This document shows positions 9,983 through 19,691 of a stretch of DNA of 64,000 bases, one piece after another. Both the position numbers and the translations under genes were made by a program. The DNA comes from Gordonibacter sp. (lineage in GTDB: Bacteria > Actinomycetota > Coriobacteriia > Coriobacteriales > Eggerthellaceae), in NCBI RefSeq assembly GCF_036659115.1, contig NZ_JAVXDF010000001.1. The stretch is one strand, 5' to 3'. Numbering within the stretch: position 1 is the stretch's first letter; every line of letters begins with the position of its first letter. The notes under the pieces are model-generated. The model worked only from the letters and a program-made list of their open reading frames with translations, did no database searches and had not been told where the DNA came from.

Positions 9983-10367
9983 GGCGGGTTCCTTCGGGTT
10001 CTTCGGTGCTTGGGCGGTGCGCCTGCGTTGTGTTGCGGGTACACGATATCAGGCTATAATACCGGTACGAGAACCTGTTCGCATGCGGTTGCAGTCCTTT
10101 GCAGAAATCCTACAATTCTCCTGTTTTTCGATGAGCGGTATTGCAACGTACGCGGTACGTGGGCGGTGGTAGTTTCTATGCATGTTTCTGCATAAAAGAA
10201 CTCTGACCTGCATAAAATATGTTACGTAGCAGCCATTCCGTAACATTTTTAGACCATTTGCGGCTCAAATGTTGCGCTCACGTCACCGCCACGTTAGAGG
10301 AAGAATTTCTCGGGGAAAATGTATCTAGTATGTTATGTCAGACGAGAGCACCTGAGGAGGTGTGCAC

Positions 10368-11621
10368 ATGGAAACAGAGGCCACGGTTTCAGGGTTTCAG
10401 GATATGCTGTCCGCTCGCGGGGTGACGCGACGCAGCTTCATGAAACTTTGCGGCGCCGTTGCCGCGGCTGCCGGGCTATCTCAGCTCGCCGCTCCGCAGG
10501 TGGCGCAGGCCCTTGAGAAATCCGTGATCGGCGCGACGAAGGGGAACTTGTACCCGGTAATCTGGATCGAAGGCGCGTCATGCACGGGCTGTACCGAGTC
10601 GTTCGCCCAAGTCGAGACCCCCGATCCGGCAAGCGTCGTTCTGGAGCTGATCTCGCTCAACTATTCGGAGACGCTGTCCGCGGCTGCCGGTTGGTCGATG
10701 GAAGAGGCAAAAGAGCAGACTATCCACGCCGGCGGCTATATCCTCATCTACGAGGGCGCTGTGCTGGAGGGTTGGGGCGGTCAAGCGCTGCGCGTTGCCG
10801 ACAAGCCTGGCACGGAGCATTTGGTCGAGGCTGCCGCGAACGCCGATGCGGTCGTTGCGTTGGGCTCTTGCGCGGTCAACGGCGGCTGGATGGGCGCGAA
10901 CCCGAACCAGGCCGGTGCGCTGGGCGTGCAGGCGTACCTGAAGAAGGCTGGCATCGAGACACCGGTTATCAATATTCCCGGTTGTCCGGCGAACCCCGAG
11001 TGGCTCGTATCCGTGCTGGTCGATGTCATCATGCTTGACAGTAAGACGCTTAAGCTGACCAGCGAGAACAAGCCTGCGGACATCTTCAGCCAGACGATCC
11101 ACGACAACTGCGAGCGTCGCGGCCACTTCGAGAACGGCGAGTTCGTCTACCAGTTCGGCTCCGAAGAAGAAGCCAAGGGCTACTGCCTGTATCCCATGGG
11201 CTGCCGCGGACCTCAGACGATGTCCAACTGCGGCGTGGTGCTCTGGAACAACCGTCGCAGCTGGTGTGTCCAGGCCGGTTCTCCCTGCATCGGCTGCTGC
11301 GAGGCTGCCCCGAACGATCCCGGGCATAACTGGGTCGAGGTGAACACTCCGTTCTACAAGCGCCATCGCGACCTGCGTATCGGCGACTGGATGGTCCAGC
11401 CCGGCACGATTGCGCTCGGCATCACGGGCATTCTGGCTGCAGCGCTGATCGTACACGGCTTCGGCATGAAGCTGTCCGGCCGCATGGACGGCGGCGCCGA
11501 CTTCGAGAAGGTGCGCTCGTGGGATGCCAAGCATCCTGACAATTCCATCGGCAAGTACGATACGGCCTCGTCCGACAAGAAGGACGACGCCGACAACAAC
11601 AACAAAGAAGAGGGGAGGTAA
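10368..11621 (+). CDS. hyaA: [NiFe] hydrogenase small subunit (Tat-exported, C-terminal membrane anchor)
   Basis: Tat motif TRRSFMK, CTGCTES, GSCA, PGCP, HDNCERR, CLYPMGCRGP, PCIGC, C-terminal TM; RBS GAGGAGG. Confidence 0.95.
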   Translation: METEATVSGFQDMLSARGVTRRSFMKLCGAVAAAAGLSQLAAPQVAQALEKSVIGATKGNLYPVIWIEGASCTGCTESFAQVETPDPASVVLELISLNYSETLSAAAGWSMEEAKEQTIHAGGYILIYEGAVLEGWGGQALRVADKPGTEHLVEAAANADAVVALGSCAVNGGWMGANPNQAGALGVQAYLKKAGIETPVINIPGCPANPEWLVSVLVDVIMLDSKTLKLTSENKPADIFSQTIHDNCERRGHFENGEFVYQFGSEEEAKGYCLYPMGCRGPQTMSNCGVVLWNNRRSWCVQAGSPCIGCCEAAPNDPGHNWVEVNTPFYKRHRDLRIGDWMVQPGTIALGITGILAAALIVHGFGMKLSGRMDGGADFEKVRSWDAKHPDNSIGKYDTASSDKKDDADNNNKEEGR

Positions 11622-11627
11622 GCCTAC

Positions 11628-13274
11628 ATGACCCGTTCAGTCATTGACCCGATCACCCGTATCGAGGGCCATCTCCGCGTCGAGATGGAAGTAGAGAACG
11701 GCAAGGTGTCCGACGCCTGGGTGTCCGGCGGCTGCTTCCGTGGTATGGAAATGGTCGTGGAGAACCGCACGCCCGAAGATGCGGCGCAGATCGTGCAGCG
11801 CATCTGCGGTGTGTGCCCGGTGTCCCATGCTCATTCGTCCGCTATTGCGGCCGAGAAAGCCTACGGAATCAAGATTTCGAACAATGCGCGTATCATCCGC
11901 AACCTGCTTGAGGGTGCGCAGTTCCTTCATAGCCACATCCTGTGGTTCTACAACCTGGCGGCTCTCGACTACGTGAACCCGCTCAACGGCTTGAAGGCCG
12001 ATCCGGCCGATGCCATTGCGCTTGCTCAGGCTGCCGGCACGTCCATGAACACCGACTTCGTCGCGCTGCAAAAGCGTCTTTCGACCTTTGCGCAGAACGG
12101 TCAGCTTTCCATCTTCTCGGGCAACTGGTTTGATGCCGAGGATGGCACTGGCTACAAGCTGCCGCCCGAGCTCGACCTCATTTGCACGGCACACTATCTG
12201 GAAGCCCTGCAGATGCAGGCTAAGGCTTCCCAGATCTCAGCCATCTTGGGTGGCAAGATGCCGCACGTCATGACCTTGATTCCTGGTGGCACCGCCTTCG
12301 TGCCCACCGAACAGAAGCTCGACGACCTGTTGTACCTCATTGACGAGGTGTACGACTGGGTCGAGGCCACGATGATTCCCGACACGCTCGCTATTGCGCC
12401 CTACTACACCGATGCGCTCACCTGGGGCAAGGGCTGTGGCCGCTACATCGCCTGGGGCGTGTTCGAGAGCGAGACCATGGAGATGAAGGATCGTTATCTC
12501 CCCATGGGCGTAATCGACGAAAACCTCAATCTGTCCGACGTGAAAGAAGAGCTCATTACCGAGTACATGGGTCACTCGTGGTACAAGGGTGAAGAGACTT
12601 TGACTTCCCCGTACTTTGTTACTGAGCCGGAGTATACGGAATACGATGTCAAGGACCGCTACACGTGGGTCAAGTGCCCCGCTTACGGCGGCAAGCCCTA
12701 TGAAGCTGGCGGACTGTCCCGTATCCTTGCGGCATACAAGCGCAACGTGCCCTTCGTTGTTGACCGGGTCGATGGCCTGCTCGAGGCACTCGGCGCTCCG
12801 GGCAAGATTAGCGTTGCTCAGTCTACGCTGGGACGCACGGCAGTGCGCCAGATCGAGACGCTCTACATCGCCAGCCTGATGAAGCTATGGGTTGCCGAAC
12901 TTATTGAGGCCATCAAGGGCGGCGACAGTGAGTACTTCCGTGAGCCTGCCACCGTCACCGGTGCTGGCACTGGTTTCTGGGAGGCCCCGCGTGGTGCGCT
13001 TTACCATTCCGAGGAAGTCAAGGACGGCAAGATTACGGGTTATCAGATCATCATCCCGACCACCTGGAACCTGGCCCCGTTGAATGCGGCTGGCGAACAT
13101 GGTCCAATGGAGCAGGCGCTTATTGGCAACCCGGTGGGTGACATAGAGAAGCCTATCAACGCCCTGCGTACCGTGCACAGCTTCGACCCCTGCACGGCTT
13201 GTGCGGTGCACATCACCGAGCCGGCGACGGGCAAGAGCTTCGAGACCGTGACGAGCCCTTGGGGGGTGAAGTAA
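11628..13274 (+). CDS. hyaB: [NiFe] hydrogenase large subunit (group 1)
   Basis: DPITRIEGH, L1 motif RICGVC, L2 motif DPCTACAVH with a cleavable C-terminal extension. Confidence 0.97.
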   Translation: MTRSVIDPITRIEGHLRVEMEVENGKVSDAWVSGGCFRGMEMVVENRTPEDAAQIVQRICGVCPVSHAHSSAIAAEKAYGIKISNNARIIRNLLEGAQFLHSHILWFYNLAALDYVNPLNGLKADPADAIALAQAAGTSMNTDFVALQKRLSTFAQNGQLSIFSGNWFDAEDGTGYKLPPELDLICTAHYLEALQMQAKASQISAILGGKMPHVMTLIPGGTAFVPTEQKLDDLLYLIDEVYDWVEATMIPDTLAIAPYYTDALTWGKGCGRYIAWGVFESETMEMKDRYLPMGVIDENLNLSDVKEELITEYMGHSWYKGEETLTSPYFVTEPEYTEYDVKDRYTWVKCPAYGGKPYEAGGLSRILAAYKRNVPFVVDRVDGLLEALGAPGKISVAQSTLGRTAVRQIETLYIASLMKLWVAELIEAIKGGDSEYFREPATVTGAGTGFWEAPRGALYHSEEVKDGKITGYQIIIPTTWNLAPLNAAGEHGPMEQALIGNPVGDIEKPINALRTVHSFDPCTACAVHITEPATGKSFETVTSPWGVK

Positions 13275-13275
13275 C

Positions 13276-13974
13276 ATGGCGCACTTGGCACACTACCGCG
13301 AAGCGCACCCGATGCCCTTCGTCATCACGCACTGGATCAACCTTGTTGCCATGATCCTGCTTATCGTTACGGGCTTCTGCATCCACTTCCCCTTCTGGGC
13401 CGGCTTCATGGGCATTGCCCGCGGTGTGCATGTGTTCTGCGGTTTCATCCTGTTCTTGAACTGCATCATCCGCGTGCTCATGGCCTTCTTCGTGAAGTCG
13501 TCGCCCACGGGCGGCACGCATAACCAGGTCACGGACTACAAGACGTGGTTGCCGCAGGCCGACAACCGCCACCAGCTGGGTGCTTGGATCAAGTACTACC
13601 TGTTCCTGAAGAAGGACCATCCGCTGGGTGCCAAGTTGGGCGTGCCCCAGAAGATCAGCTATCTGGCTATACCCCTCCTCGTCATCGTGATGTTCTACAC
13701 GGGCTTGTGCCTGTGGGCTCCCACGATGGGCTGGGGCCTCATGGCTGGCGGCACCGATCTGGTGGGCGGCCTTATGTCGATGCGTATCATCCACTACTTC
13801 TTGATGTACGTGTTCATCTGCTTTATGTTCATCCATATCTATTTGGCGAACATCGAGGGCATCAGCCCGACGCTGCTCATGTTCTTCTGGAAAGAGCATG
13901 GCGGTTTGGTGTACGACACCGAGAAACACACGATCGTCGGCGAAGACGACATGAAGCATTCTGAAAAGGCATAG
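13276..13974 (+). CDS. hyaC: Hydrogenase cytochrome b subunit
   Basis: THWIN, RGVHV, PQKISY, RIIHY and FIHIY heme-ligand His pattern, 4 TM segments, third gene of the operon. Confidence 0.92.
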   Translation: MAHLAHYREAHPMPFVITHWINLVAMILLIVTGFCIHFPFWAGFMGIARGVHVFCGFILFLNCIIRVLMAFFVKSSPTGGTHNQVTDYKTWLPQADNRHQLGAWIKYYLFLKKDHPLGAKLGVPQKISYLAIPLLVIVMFYTGLCLWAPTMGWGLMAGGTDLVGGLMSMRIIHYFLMYVFICFMFIHIYLANIEGISPTLLMFFWKEHGGLVYDTEKHTIVGEDDMKHSEKA

Positions 13975-13991
13975 CGTTCGCAGTTTCGGTA

Positions 13992-14030
13992 GCACAAAAA
14001 AGACCCGGGCTTACCGGGTCTTTTTTGTGC
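13992..14030 (+). terminator. Intrinsic (possibly bidirectional) terminator of the hydrogenase operon
   Basis: GCACAAAAAAGACCCGG-gctta-CCGGGTCTTTTTTGTGC inverted repeat with A and T tracts. Confidence 0.9.
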
Positions 14031-14113
14031 GATACGCCTGGCATGGGCGTGCTATCGTAGTGGTCTGTGCGTACGAGAGAGGACGAGGCGTGGCAACCGA
14101 AGAGGAGACGAGG

Positions 14114-15046
14114 ATGCGCGGGCATATGTTCGCGCTGTTCACGGTGCTGGTGTGGGGTACGACGTTCGTGGCGACGAAAGTGCTGTTGACGGGTTTCTCG
14201 CCGGTGGAAATACTGTTCTACCGCTTTCTCATCGGATTCTTGGTGCTGCTGGCCTTTCGGCCGCGTCACGTGCGGCTGGGTAACTGGCGGCAGGAGGCGC
14301 AGGTGGCGGCCGCCGGCCTGACGGGCGTCGTGCTGTACTTCCTGTTCGAGAACATCGCCTTGACCACGACTACCGCCAGCAACGTAGGGGTTATCGTGGC
14401 GGTGAGCCCTTTTTTCACGGCTCTGCTGTCCGCCGTGCTGCTGAAGGACGAGCGGCCCCATGCGATGTTCTTCGCGGGGTTCGCCCTTGCCATTGCGGGT
14501 ATTGCCCTGATCAGCTGGAGCGGTTTGGGGACAGGCAGCTTGGTCGGCGACCTGCTGGCCGTTGCTGCGGCAGCTGTCTGGTCATGCTACGCCGTGCTCA
14601 CCCGCAAGCTGGGTACGCTTTTCGAGGACCCCATCCAAGCGACGAAGCGCACGTTTGCCTGGGGGTTGGTGCTGATGGTTCCCGCGCTGTTCCTGTTCGA
14701 CTTCCACTTCGGCGTGGAGCGCTTCCTTGATCCACTCATGGCGGGGAACCTGCTGTTCTTGGGCGTGGGGGCCTCGGCTGCTTGTTTCGCCACCTGGGGC
14801 ATTGCCGTGCGGCTGCTGGGTGCGGTGAAGACGAGCGCCTATATCTATCTGGTGCCGGTGATTACCGTGACCGCCTCGGTGGTTGTGCTTGGCGAGCCGC
14901 TGACGATACCAATCGTGTTGGGTATCGTGCTGACCTGCGCTGGCTTGGTGCTGTCTGAGCGTGGCAAAGGACGGGTAAAGGCAGAGCTTGGGCCGGACGG
15001 AAAAGCAGAGTCCGCGCCGGACGAGGCGGGGCGGACTCTGCCTTAG
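14114..15046 (+). CDS. DMT/EamA family transporter
   Basis: About 10 TM segments, VWGTTFVATK, duplicated EamA pattern. Start could be the GTG at 14090. Confidence 0.88.
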   Translation: MRGHMFALFTVLVWGTTFVATKVLLTGFSPVEILFYRFLIGFLVLLAFRPRHVRLGNWRQEAQVAAAGLTGVVLYFLFENIALTTTTASNVGVIVAVSPFFTALLSAVLLKDERPHAMFFAGFALAIAGIALISWSGLGTGSLVGDLLAVAAAAVWSCYAVLTRKLGTLFEDPIQATKRTFAWGLVLMVPALFLFDFHFGVERFLDPLMAGNLLFLGVGASAACFATWGIAVRLLGAVKTSAYIYLVPVITVTASVVVLGEPLTIPIVLGIVLTCAGLVLSERGKGRVKAELGPDGKAESAPDEAGRTLP

Positions 15047-15263
15047 GTTGATGCTGAGCGACGCGGCTGCGGCGGCACCTGACCTTGGGACGGTGCCAGC
15101 CGGGCATTTCCTGAGGCTTTGCGGCCTAGCGTCTCTCGCGTTCGATGAAGCGTACGAATGCGTCGGCCTGCTTTTCCAAGTAGGGTGCCGTTCGACGTGG
15201 CAGCCTACCGCGAAAGAAAAGCTTCGCTATAATAGAGGCGAGAGAAAAACGAAGGAGGCCAAG

Positions 15264-15698
15264 ATGCCGGCAGGATTGACCGACGAGCAGATAGCAAACG
15301 AGGAACGGTTCCTCGAAGGTATACCGCGGCTGAACATCGGCGCGTTGTTCCTTCCTCCCATCTGGGGTCCGGCTCATGGTTTCTGGGCGTCTATCCTGTT
15401 CTACCCGGTCTGGTTGTTCGCGGACAACACGTTCTATGCGGCCTGGACCGAACGCACGCCGCTCGCGATCATCGTGGCTGCGGTCGTGTTCGTCTCCCTG
15501 ACGGCGGGTACAGTAGCGTTCTCGCTGATCGGACAGCCTTTTGCTGCCCACCGCGCCGCATCGCGCGGCGTTGGCAAGGAGGCGTATCTGAAGCGACAGC
15601 GCATCTGGGCGATGGTCAGCGTGGCCGTAGGACTTGTCATGATCGCTGCGGCGGCGTATTACAACCTGGCTATCCGTCCGACTGTGGGCCTTGTATGA
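15264..15698 (+). CDS. Small membrane protein of unknown function
   Basis: RBS AAGGAGG; LNIGALFLPPIWG motif plus about 3 TM segments; ATGA overlap with the protease gene. Confidence 0.75.
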   Translation: MPAGLTDEQIANEERFLEGIPRLNIGALFLPPIWGPAHGFWASILFYPVWLFADNTFYAAWTERTPLAIIVAAVVFVSLTAGTVAFSLIGQPFAAHRAASRGVGKEAYLKRQRIWAMVSVAVGLVMIAAAAYYNLAIRPTVGLV

Positions 15699-16327
15699 GC
15701 GCGGGTTCGGGTGTGGAAGATGCGAGGGGCGGGGCGATGCCCGTTGCAGGCGAAACCACCGAGGACGCGAGTTTTTGCGACCGGGTCGGCTACCCAAGCG
15801 AAGGCGTGCCGGTGCCCCTGCCCCGCATTGCCGTGTTCTGCGTGGGCAACAAGCTTATGCTGGACGATGGGGTGGGCCCGGCGGTGTATGAAGAGCTGCT
15901 GGCACGCTACGAGGTGCCGGACAACGTCGAGCTGTTCGATGTCGGCTGTCTGAGTTTTGATATGCTGAACTACGTGAACGATTACGAGGTGATCGTCACG
16001 GTAGATGCCGTGGACGGTACCGGCAAGGAGCCGGGTACCGTGTTTCGTTTCCAGCCCGATGCCATGGCGCGCCATGTCGGTGCTACGGCATCGCTGCACG
16101 ACCTGAAGCTGATCGATCTGTTCGATGCCGCCTTCCTGCTGGGCTACGAAGCGGAGGGGCTGTGCTTGGGTATGCAGGTGGAGAATCCCTCGCCTGCGTT
16201 GGTGACCATCGGGTTGACGCCGAAGGTAGATGCGGCCCTACCGCTGTTGGTGGAGACGGTGGCAGGCGAGCTAGCGCGTTTCGGGTCACCGCTCGTGCCG
16301 CGCATGCAGGTCGATACCGCTTTCTGA
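15695..16327 (+). CDS. hyaD: Hydrogenase maturation protease (HyaD/HybD family)
   Basis: CVGNKLMLDDGVG, VTVDAVD, SLHD. Confidence 0.9.
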   Translation: MSAGSGVEDARGGAMPVAGETTEDASFCDRVGYPSEGVPVPLPRIAVFCVGNKLMLDDGVGPAVYEELLARYEVPDNVELFDVGCLSFDMLNYVNDYEVIVTVDAVDGTGKEPGTVFRFQPDAMARHVGATASLHDLKLIDLFDAAFLLGYEAEGLCLGMQVENPSPALVTIGLTPKVDAALPLLVETVAGELARFGSPLVPRMQVDTAF

Positions 16328-16390
16328 TCTGCCCTTAAGTGTTTGCTTGCGAGGATGTTGTTCGCGGTTCGGGCGCGTCCGGCGCGCCTG

Positions 16391-18097
16391 TTATGCCGGC
16401 ATTTCCTCGTCGACGGCCTCGGTGCTTAAAAACCGCGTCTCGAACTCTGCTGCCGGAACGGGTCGCGACACCAAGAACCCTTGGATGATGTCTGCTCCGA
16501 TAGCGCGCACGGTATCGAGCTCGATACGCTCTTCGACGCCTTCGACGGTCACTTTGATATTGACGCTGTGGCAGAGCTCGATGACGGCATCGATGAAGGC
16601 ACGGTTGAATGCCTCGGCTTGGATGTTCTTGATGAACAGGCGATCTATCTTCACGATGTCGGCGGGGGATTGCGACAGCATGCCGAGCGATGAGTACCCG
16701 GTGCCGAAATCGTCCATGGCAAGCTGTATGCCCAGTTTTCGCAGGCGTTCGAACGTCGTGCGCAGCGCCTCGAGGTCGGTGACGAAGTAGCTTTCCGTCA
16801 TCTCCAGCACGATGCGGTGTGCCGAGGCTCCTGTCGCTTCGAGCGTCCGCTGTACGAACGGCACGAAGTCGGACTCGAGCAGTTGCAAGTACGAGATGTT
16901 GATGTTCATGATGAAGTCGTCGTGGAGGCGGTTCCACGCTGCGCACTGAAGTGCGGCCTGTTCGAACACCCAGCGTCCAACCGACGCTATCAGCCCGTAA
17001 GATTCCAAGACAGGTACGAACTCGTCGGGTCCCACGTTGTCGAACCCGTCGGCTTTCCACCGCAGCAGTGCCTCGGCACCTGCGATACGCAGCGTGCGCG
17101 CATCGATGAGCGGTTGGAAGTGCAACGAGAACCCGTCCATGTCGTCGAAGACGGAGGCTTGCAGGCGGTCGCTTAGCTCGAAGCGACGCAGCTTGTCCCG
17201 AGAGAGCGACGAGGAGAAGAACGAAACGGTGTTCTTGCCGCCGTGCTTACTTTCCTCCAGGGCGCTCTCTGCATGTTTTACCAGCTCTAAACCAGTATTT
17301 CCATCTTCGCCGATCATGACGATGCCGCCTGATGCGGTGCAGAAATACGAGGTGTCGTCGATGGCTTGCGTGCGGTTCGAGAATGCGTGCACGGTTCGGA
17401 ACAAAGACTCCATGGTGCTGCGGTCCGCGTCGTCTATGACAACGGCGAACTCGTCTCCGTCGAAGCGGAACGCCGCGGCGTTATCGGGCAGCAGGCGCTG
17501 CAGTGTTTGGGCAAAGTGCCTAAGCACGCCGTTTCCGAAGGCATGGTCGTTGAGCGAGTTTATGCGCGTGAAGTCATCGAGGCCTAAGAGCAGCAGACCT
17601 CCGGTTGCCTGCTCGCGCAGCAGCAGGCGGTCAAGTATCTGCAAACATTTGCTGTGCGTGAACAACCCGGTGATCGCGTCGACTTTCCCCTTGCGCTCGA
17701 GGTTCGTGATGGCGCCGGCGAACAGGAGGGGTTCTCCGTGCTCGTCGCGTTTGAGCAAGCCGCGGCATACGATCCACAGATGCCCTCCCTGGCGGTTGTG
17801 CACCTGGTATTCCAAGTCGTGCTCGTCGGTCTTGCCGGACAGCATGCGCTCGATGGACTCGTCGAAACTTGGCAGGTCGCGCTCGGTAACGAGGTGCCGC
17901 CAGTGGGGGATGAGGCCTTTGAAAAGGTGGTCTGGAAGATCGAAATCGTGCAGCATGTTGTCGGATATGAGCGCCATGTCCGTTTTCATGTCGATAATGT
18001 AGAGGTAGTCTTCGGTGCTGTAGGAGATGGCCTCGTAGAGCAGGCGCGGATCAAGGTCGAACGATTTCAGCGCTTCTTGCGTGTCTATGGGGTTCAC
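16391..18097 (-). CDS. PAS-GGDEF-EAL protein, probable c-di-GMP phosphodiesterase
   Basis: PAS/PAC segment (EYQVHNRQGGHLWI), degenerate FDGDEF, EAL motifs AEALLRW and MDDFGTGYSS. GTG start after GAAGGA. Confidence 0.88.
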   Translation of the reverse strand: MNPIDTQEALKSFDLDPRLLYEAISYSTEDYLYIIDMKTDMALISDNMLHDFDLPDHLFKGLIPHWRHLVTERDLPSFDESIERMLSGKTDEHDLEYQVHNRQGGHLWIVCRGLLKRDEHGEPLLFAGAITNLERKGKVDAITGLFTHSKCLQILDRLLLREQATGGLLLLGLDDFTRINSLNDHAFGNGVLRHFAQTLQRLLPDNAAAFRFDGDEFAVVIDDADRSTMESLFRTVHAFSNRTQAIDDTSYFCTASGGIVMIGEDGNTGLELVKHAESALEESKHGGKNTVSFFSSSLSRDKLRRFELSDRLQASVFDDMDGFSLHFQPLIDARTLRIAGAEALLRWKADGFDNVGPDEFVPVLESYGLIASVGRWVFEQAALQCAAWNRLHDDFIMNINISYLQLLESDFVPFVQRTLEATGASAHRIVLEMTESYFVTDLEALRTTFERLRKLGIQLAMDDFGTGYSSLGMLSQSPADIVKIDRLFIKNIQAEAFNRAFIDAVIELCHSVNIKVTVEGVEERIELDTVRAIGADIIQGFLVSRPVPAAEFETRFLSTEAVDEEMPA

Positions 18098-18430
18098 CTC
18101 GCATCCTTCAAGTGGTTCAATCTTTAGTTGTACAGTATACAAGAAATTGCGCGAAAGCGATCGGGCGCTCGCAAAGATGCGCGCCGTCGACTCATCAGGT
18201 GCATGAGGGTGGCTGCTGGGATAGAAGGAACGGGAGCGGCGGTCTCTCGATGCGCTTGCCTTGCGGGGTGCAGTGGCGGACATGGGGGCGTGACCGGGCG
18301 TTCCGTGACAAAACACCCGCGGTTTTCCGACGGGGCGTTTGCAGAATGGCGATTGTTCCACGGATGGGGCTACACTTCTTTCAAAAGCCCGTGGCTTGTT
18401 CTTCGAGCTGCCGAAAAGGAGATGGATGCC

Positions 18431-18853
18431 ATGAACATCTATACGAACAGCGCCTACGAAACCACCGCCGAGGAGTTCTTCGACAAGCTTACGGCGGAGA
18501 AGGTTGACTTGCTGCTTGACACGCGTTTGAAAAACACGAACCAACTGGCCGGTTTTACGAAAAAGAACGATCTGGAATATTTCGTGCCGAAGCTGCTGCA
18601 TGCCGACTACGTGCATGACAAGTTGTTTTCCCCGGCGCCTACCATTCTTGAACGCTACTTGCATGGGAACATCGGATGGGATGCCTATGCGGATGCTTAT
18701 CGCGAGGATATGCGCGAGCGCGATGCGGTCGGGCAATTCTTCGAGCGTTATGACGAATACCACCAGGTCTGCTTGCTGGGCACTGCCACGCGCAAGCGTC
18801 GTAGCCACGTCGAGGTGCTGAAAGAGCTGTTGGAGCAGTTCCAGAAGGCCTAG
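18431..18853 (+). CDS. DUF488-family protein
   Basis: MNIYT...TAEEFFDKL...VDLLLDTRL...NQLAGFTK pattern; RBS AAGGAG. Confidence 0.75.
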   Translation: MNIYTNSAYETTAEEFFDKLTAEKVDLLLDTRLKNTNQLAGFTKKNDLEYFVPKLLHADYVHDKLFSPAPTILERYLHGNIGWDAYADAYREDMRERDAVGQFFERYDEYHQVCLLGTATRKRRSHVEVLKELLEQFQKA

Positions 18854-18936
18854 CATACGGCCCCTGGAAGCAGCGGCTCCTGTCGGCTCCTTCCTACGAG
18901 CGGGAGCCTCTGTGTTTGCTCGCCTTGTTTTCCTTC

Positions 18937-18984
18937 TTGCAAAACTAGCACTTGCTAGCTATTATACTAGCAAGTGCTAGTTTT
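18937..18984 (+). promoter_or_regulatory. Promoter with TetR-type operator
   Basis: Perfect 18-bp arms AAAACTAGCACTTGCTAG-N8-CTAGCAAGTGCTAGTTTT overlapping TTGCAA-N17-TATTAT, just upstream of the tetR gene. Confidence 0.8.
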
Positions 18985-19001
18985 AGAACAAGAGGAGGGT
19001 C

Positions 19002-19691
19002 ATGGCGCGCGAAAACACGAAAGAGCGCATTCTCGAGGAGGCATTCGCCTTGTTCGCCGAACGCGGCTACCATGCGGTGTCCATGCGCGACATTGCGGCT
19101 GCGGTGGGGATCAAGGACGCCTCGCTTTACAATCATTTTCCCGGGAAGCAGGCGCTGTTCGAGGCGATTCTCGAAGGGGCGATCCAGCGGCTGCGCAGCC
19201 ATTTCGAGCCGCGTGGCGTCTTGGTCTGCGTCGAGGACGACAAGGGCGCTTACGAGTGCTTGTCCTTGGAGGGGCTTACCGATCTGGTTCTTGCTACCTT
19301 CCGGCCCTTCTTCGAGGATTCCTTCATCGTGCGTCTGCGTCGCCTCCTGGTGATCAGCCAATTCGAGAGCGAGATGGCGGCGCAGGCTTATCGTCTGGTG
19401 TTTGTCGAGCGCCCTTTGGCGTTGCAGCGCACGGTGTTCGAGCACCTTATGGCCACGGGCGAGTTCGTGCGCGACGATGCCGTCCAGATGGCCGTTGAGT
19501 TCTACGGGCCGGTTTTCTTGTTGCTGCATGCCGGCGTGCCCTGGGGCGAGGCCGCACCGCGCATTGCCGCACACTTGGCGCAGTTCGCAGGCACCCGCCG
19601 AGAAGGATGCGGCGAAGAGAAAGACGCTGTTAGCAAGGATTCTAGCGCGACAAGTGCATCCGATTCAAACAAAGAGAGCAGGGTTTCATGA
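19002..19691 (+). CDS. TetR/AcrR family regulator
   Basis: TKERILEEAFALFAERGY...SMRDIAAAVGIKDASLYNHFPGK HTH. Confidence 0.93.
   Translation: MARENTKERILEEAFALFAERGYHAVSMRDIAAAVGIKDASLYNHFPGKQALFEAILEGAIQRLRSHFEPRGVLVCVEDDKGAYECLSLEGLTDLVLATFRPFFEDSFIVRLRRLLVISQFESEMAAQAYRLVFVERPLALQRTVFEHLMATGEFVRDDAVQMAVEFYGPVFLLLHAGVPWGEAAPRIAAHLAQFAGTRREGCGEEKDAVSKDSSATSASDSNKESRVS

Noticed and set aside
11628-13274. [NiFeSe] hydrogenase or selenocysteine readthrough
   Set aside because: The L2 motif is DPCTAC with ordinary Cys codons and no in-frame TGA.
18098-18856. N-terminal 253 aa of the 821-aa minus-strand ORF 16391-18856
   Set aside because: It is the antisense of the DUF488 gene plus intergenic DNA; a GTG with an RBS at 18097 starts the recognisable PAS-GGDEF-EAL protein.
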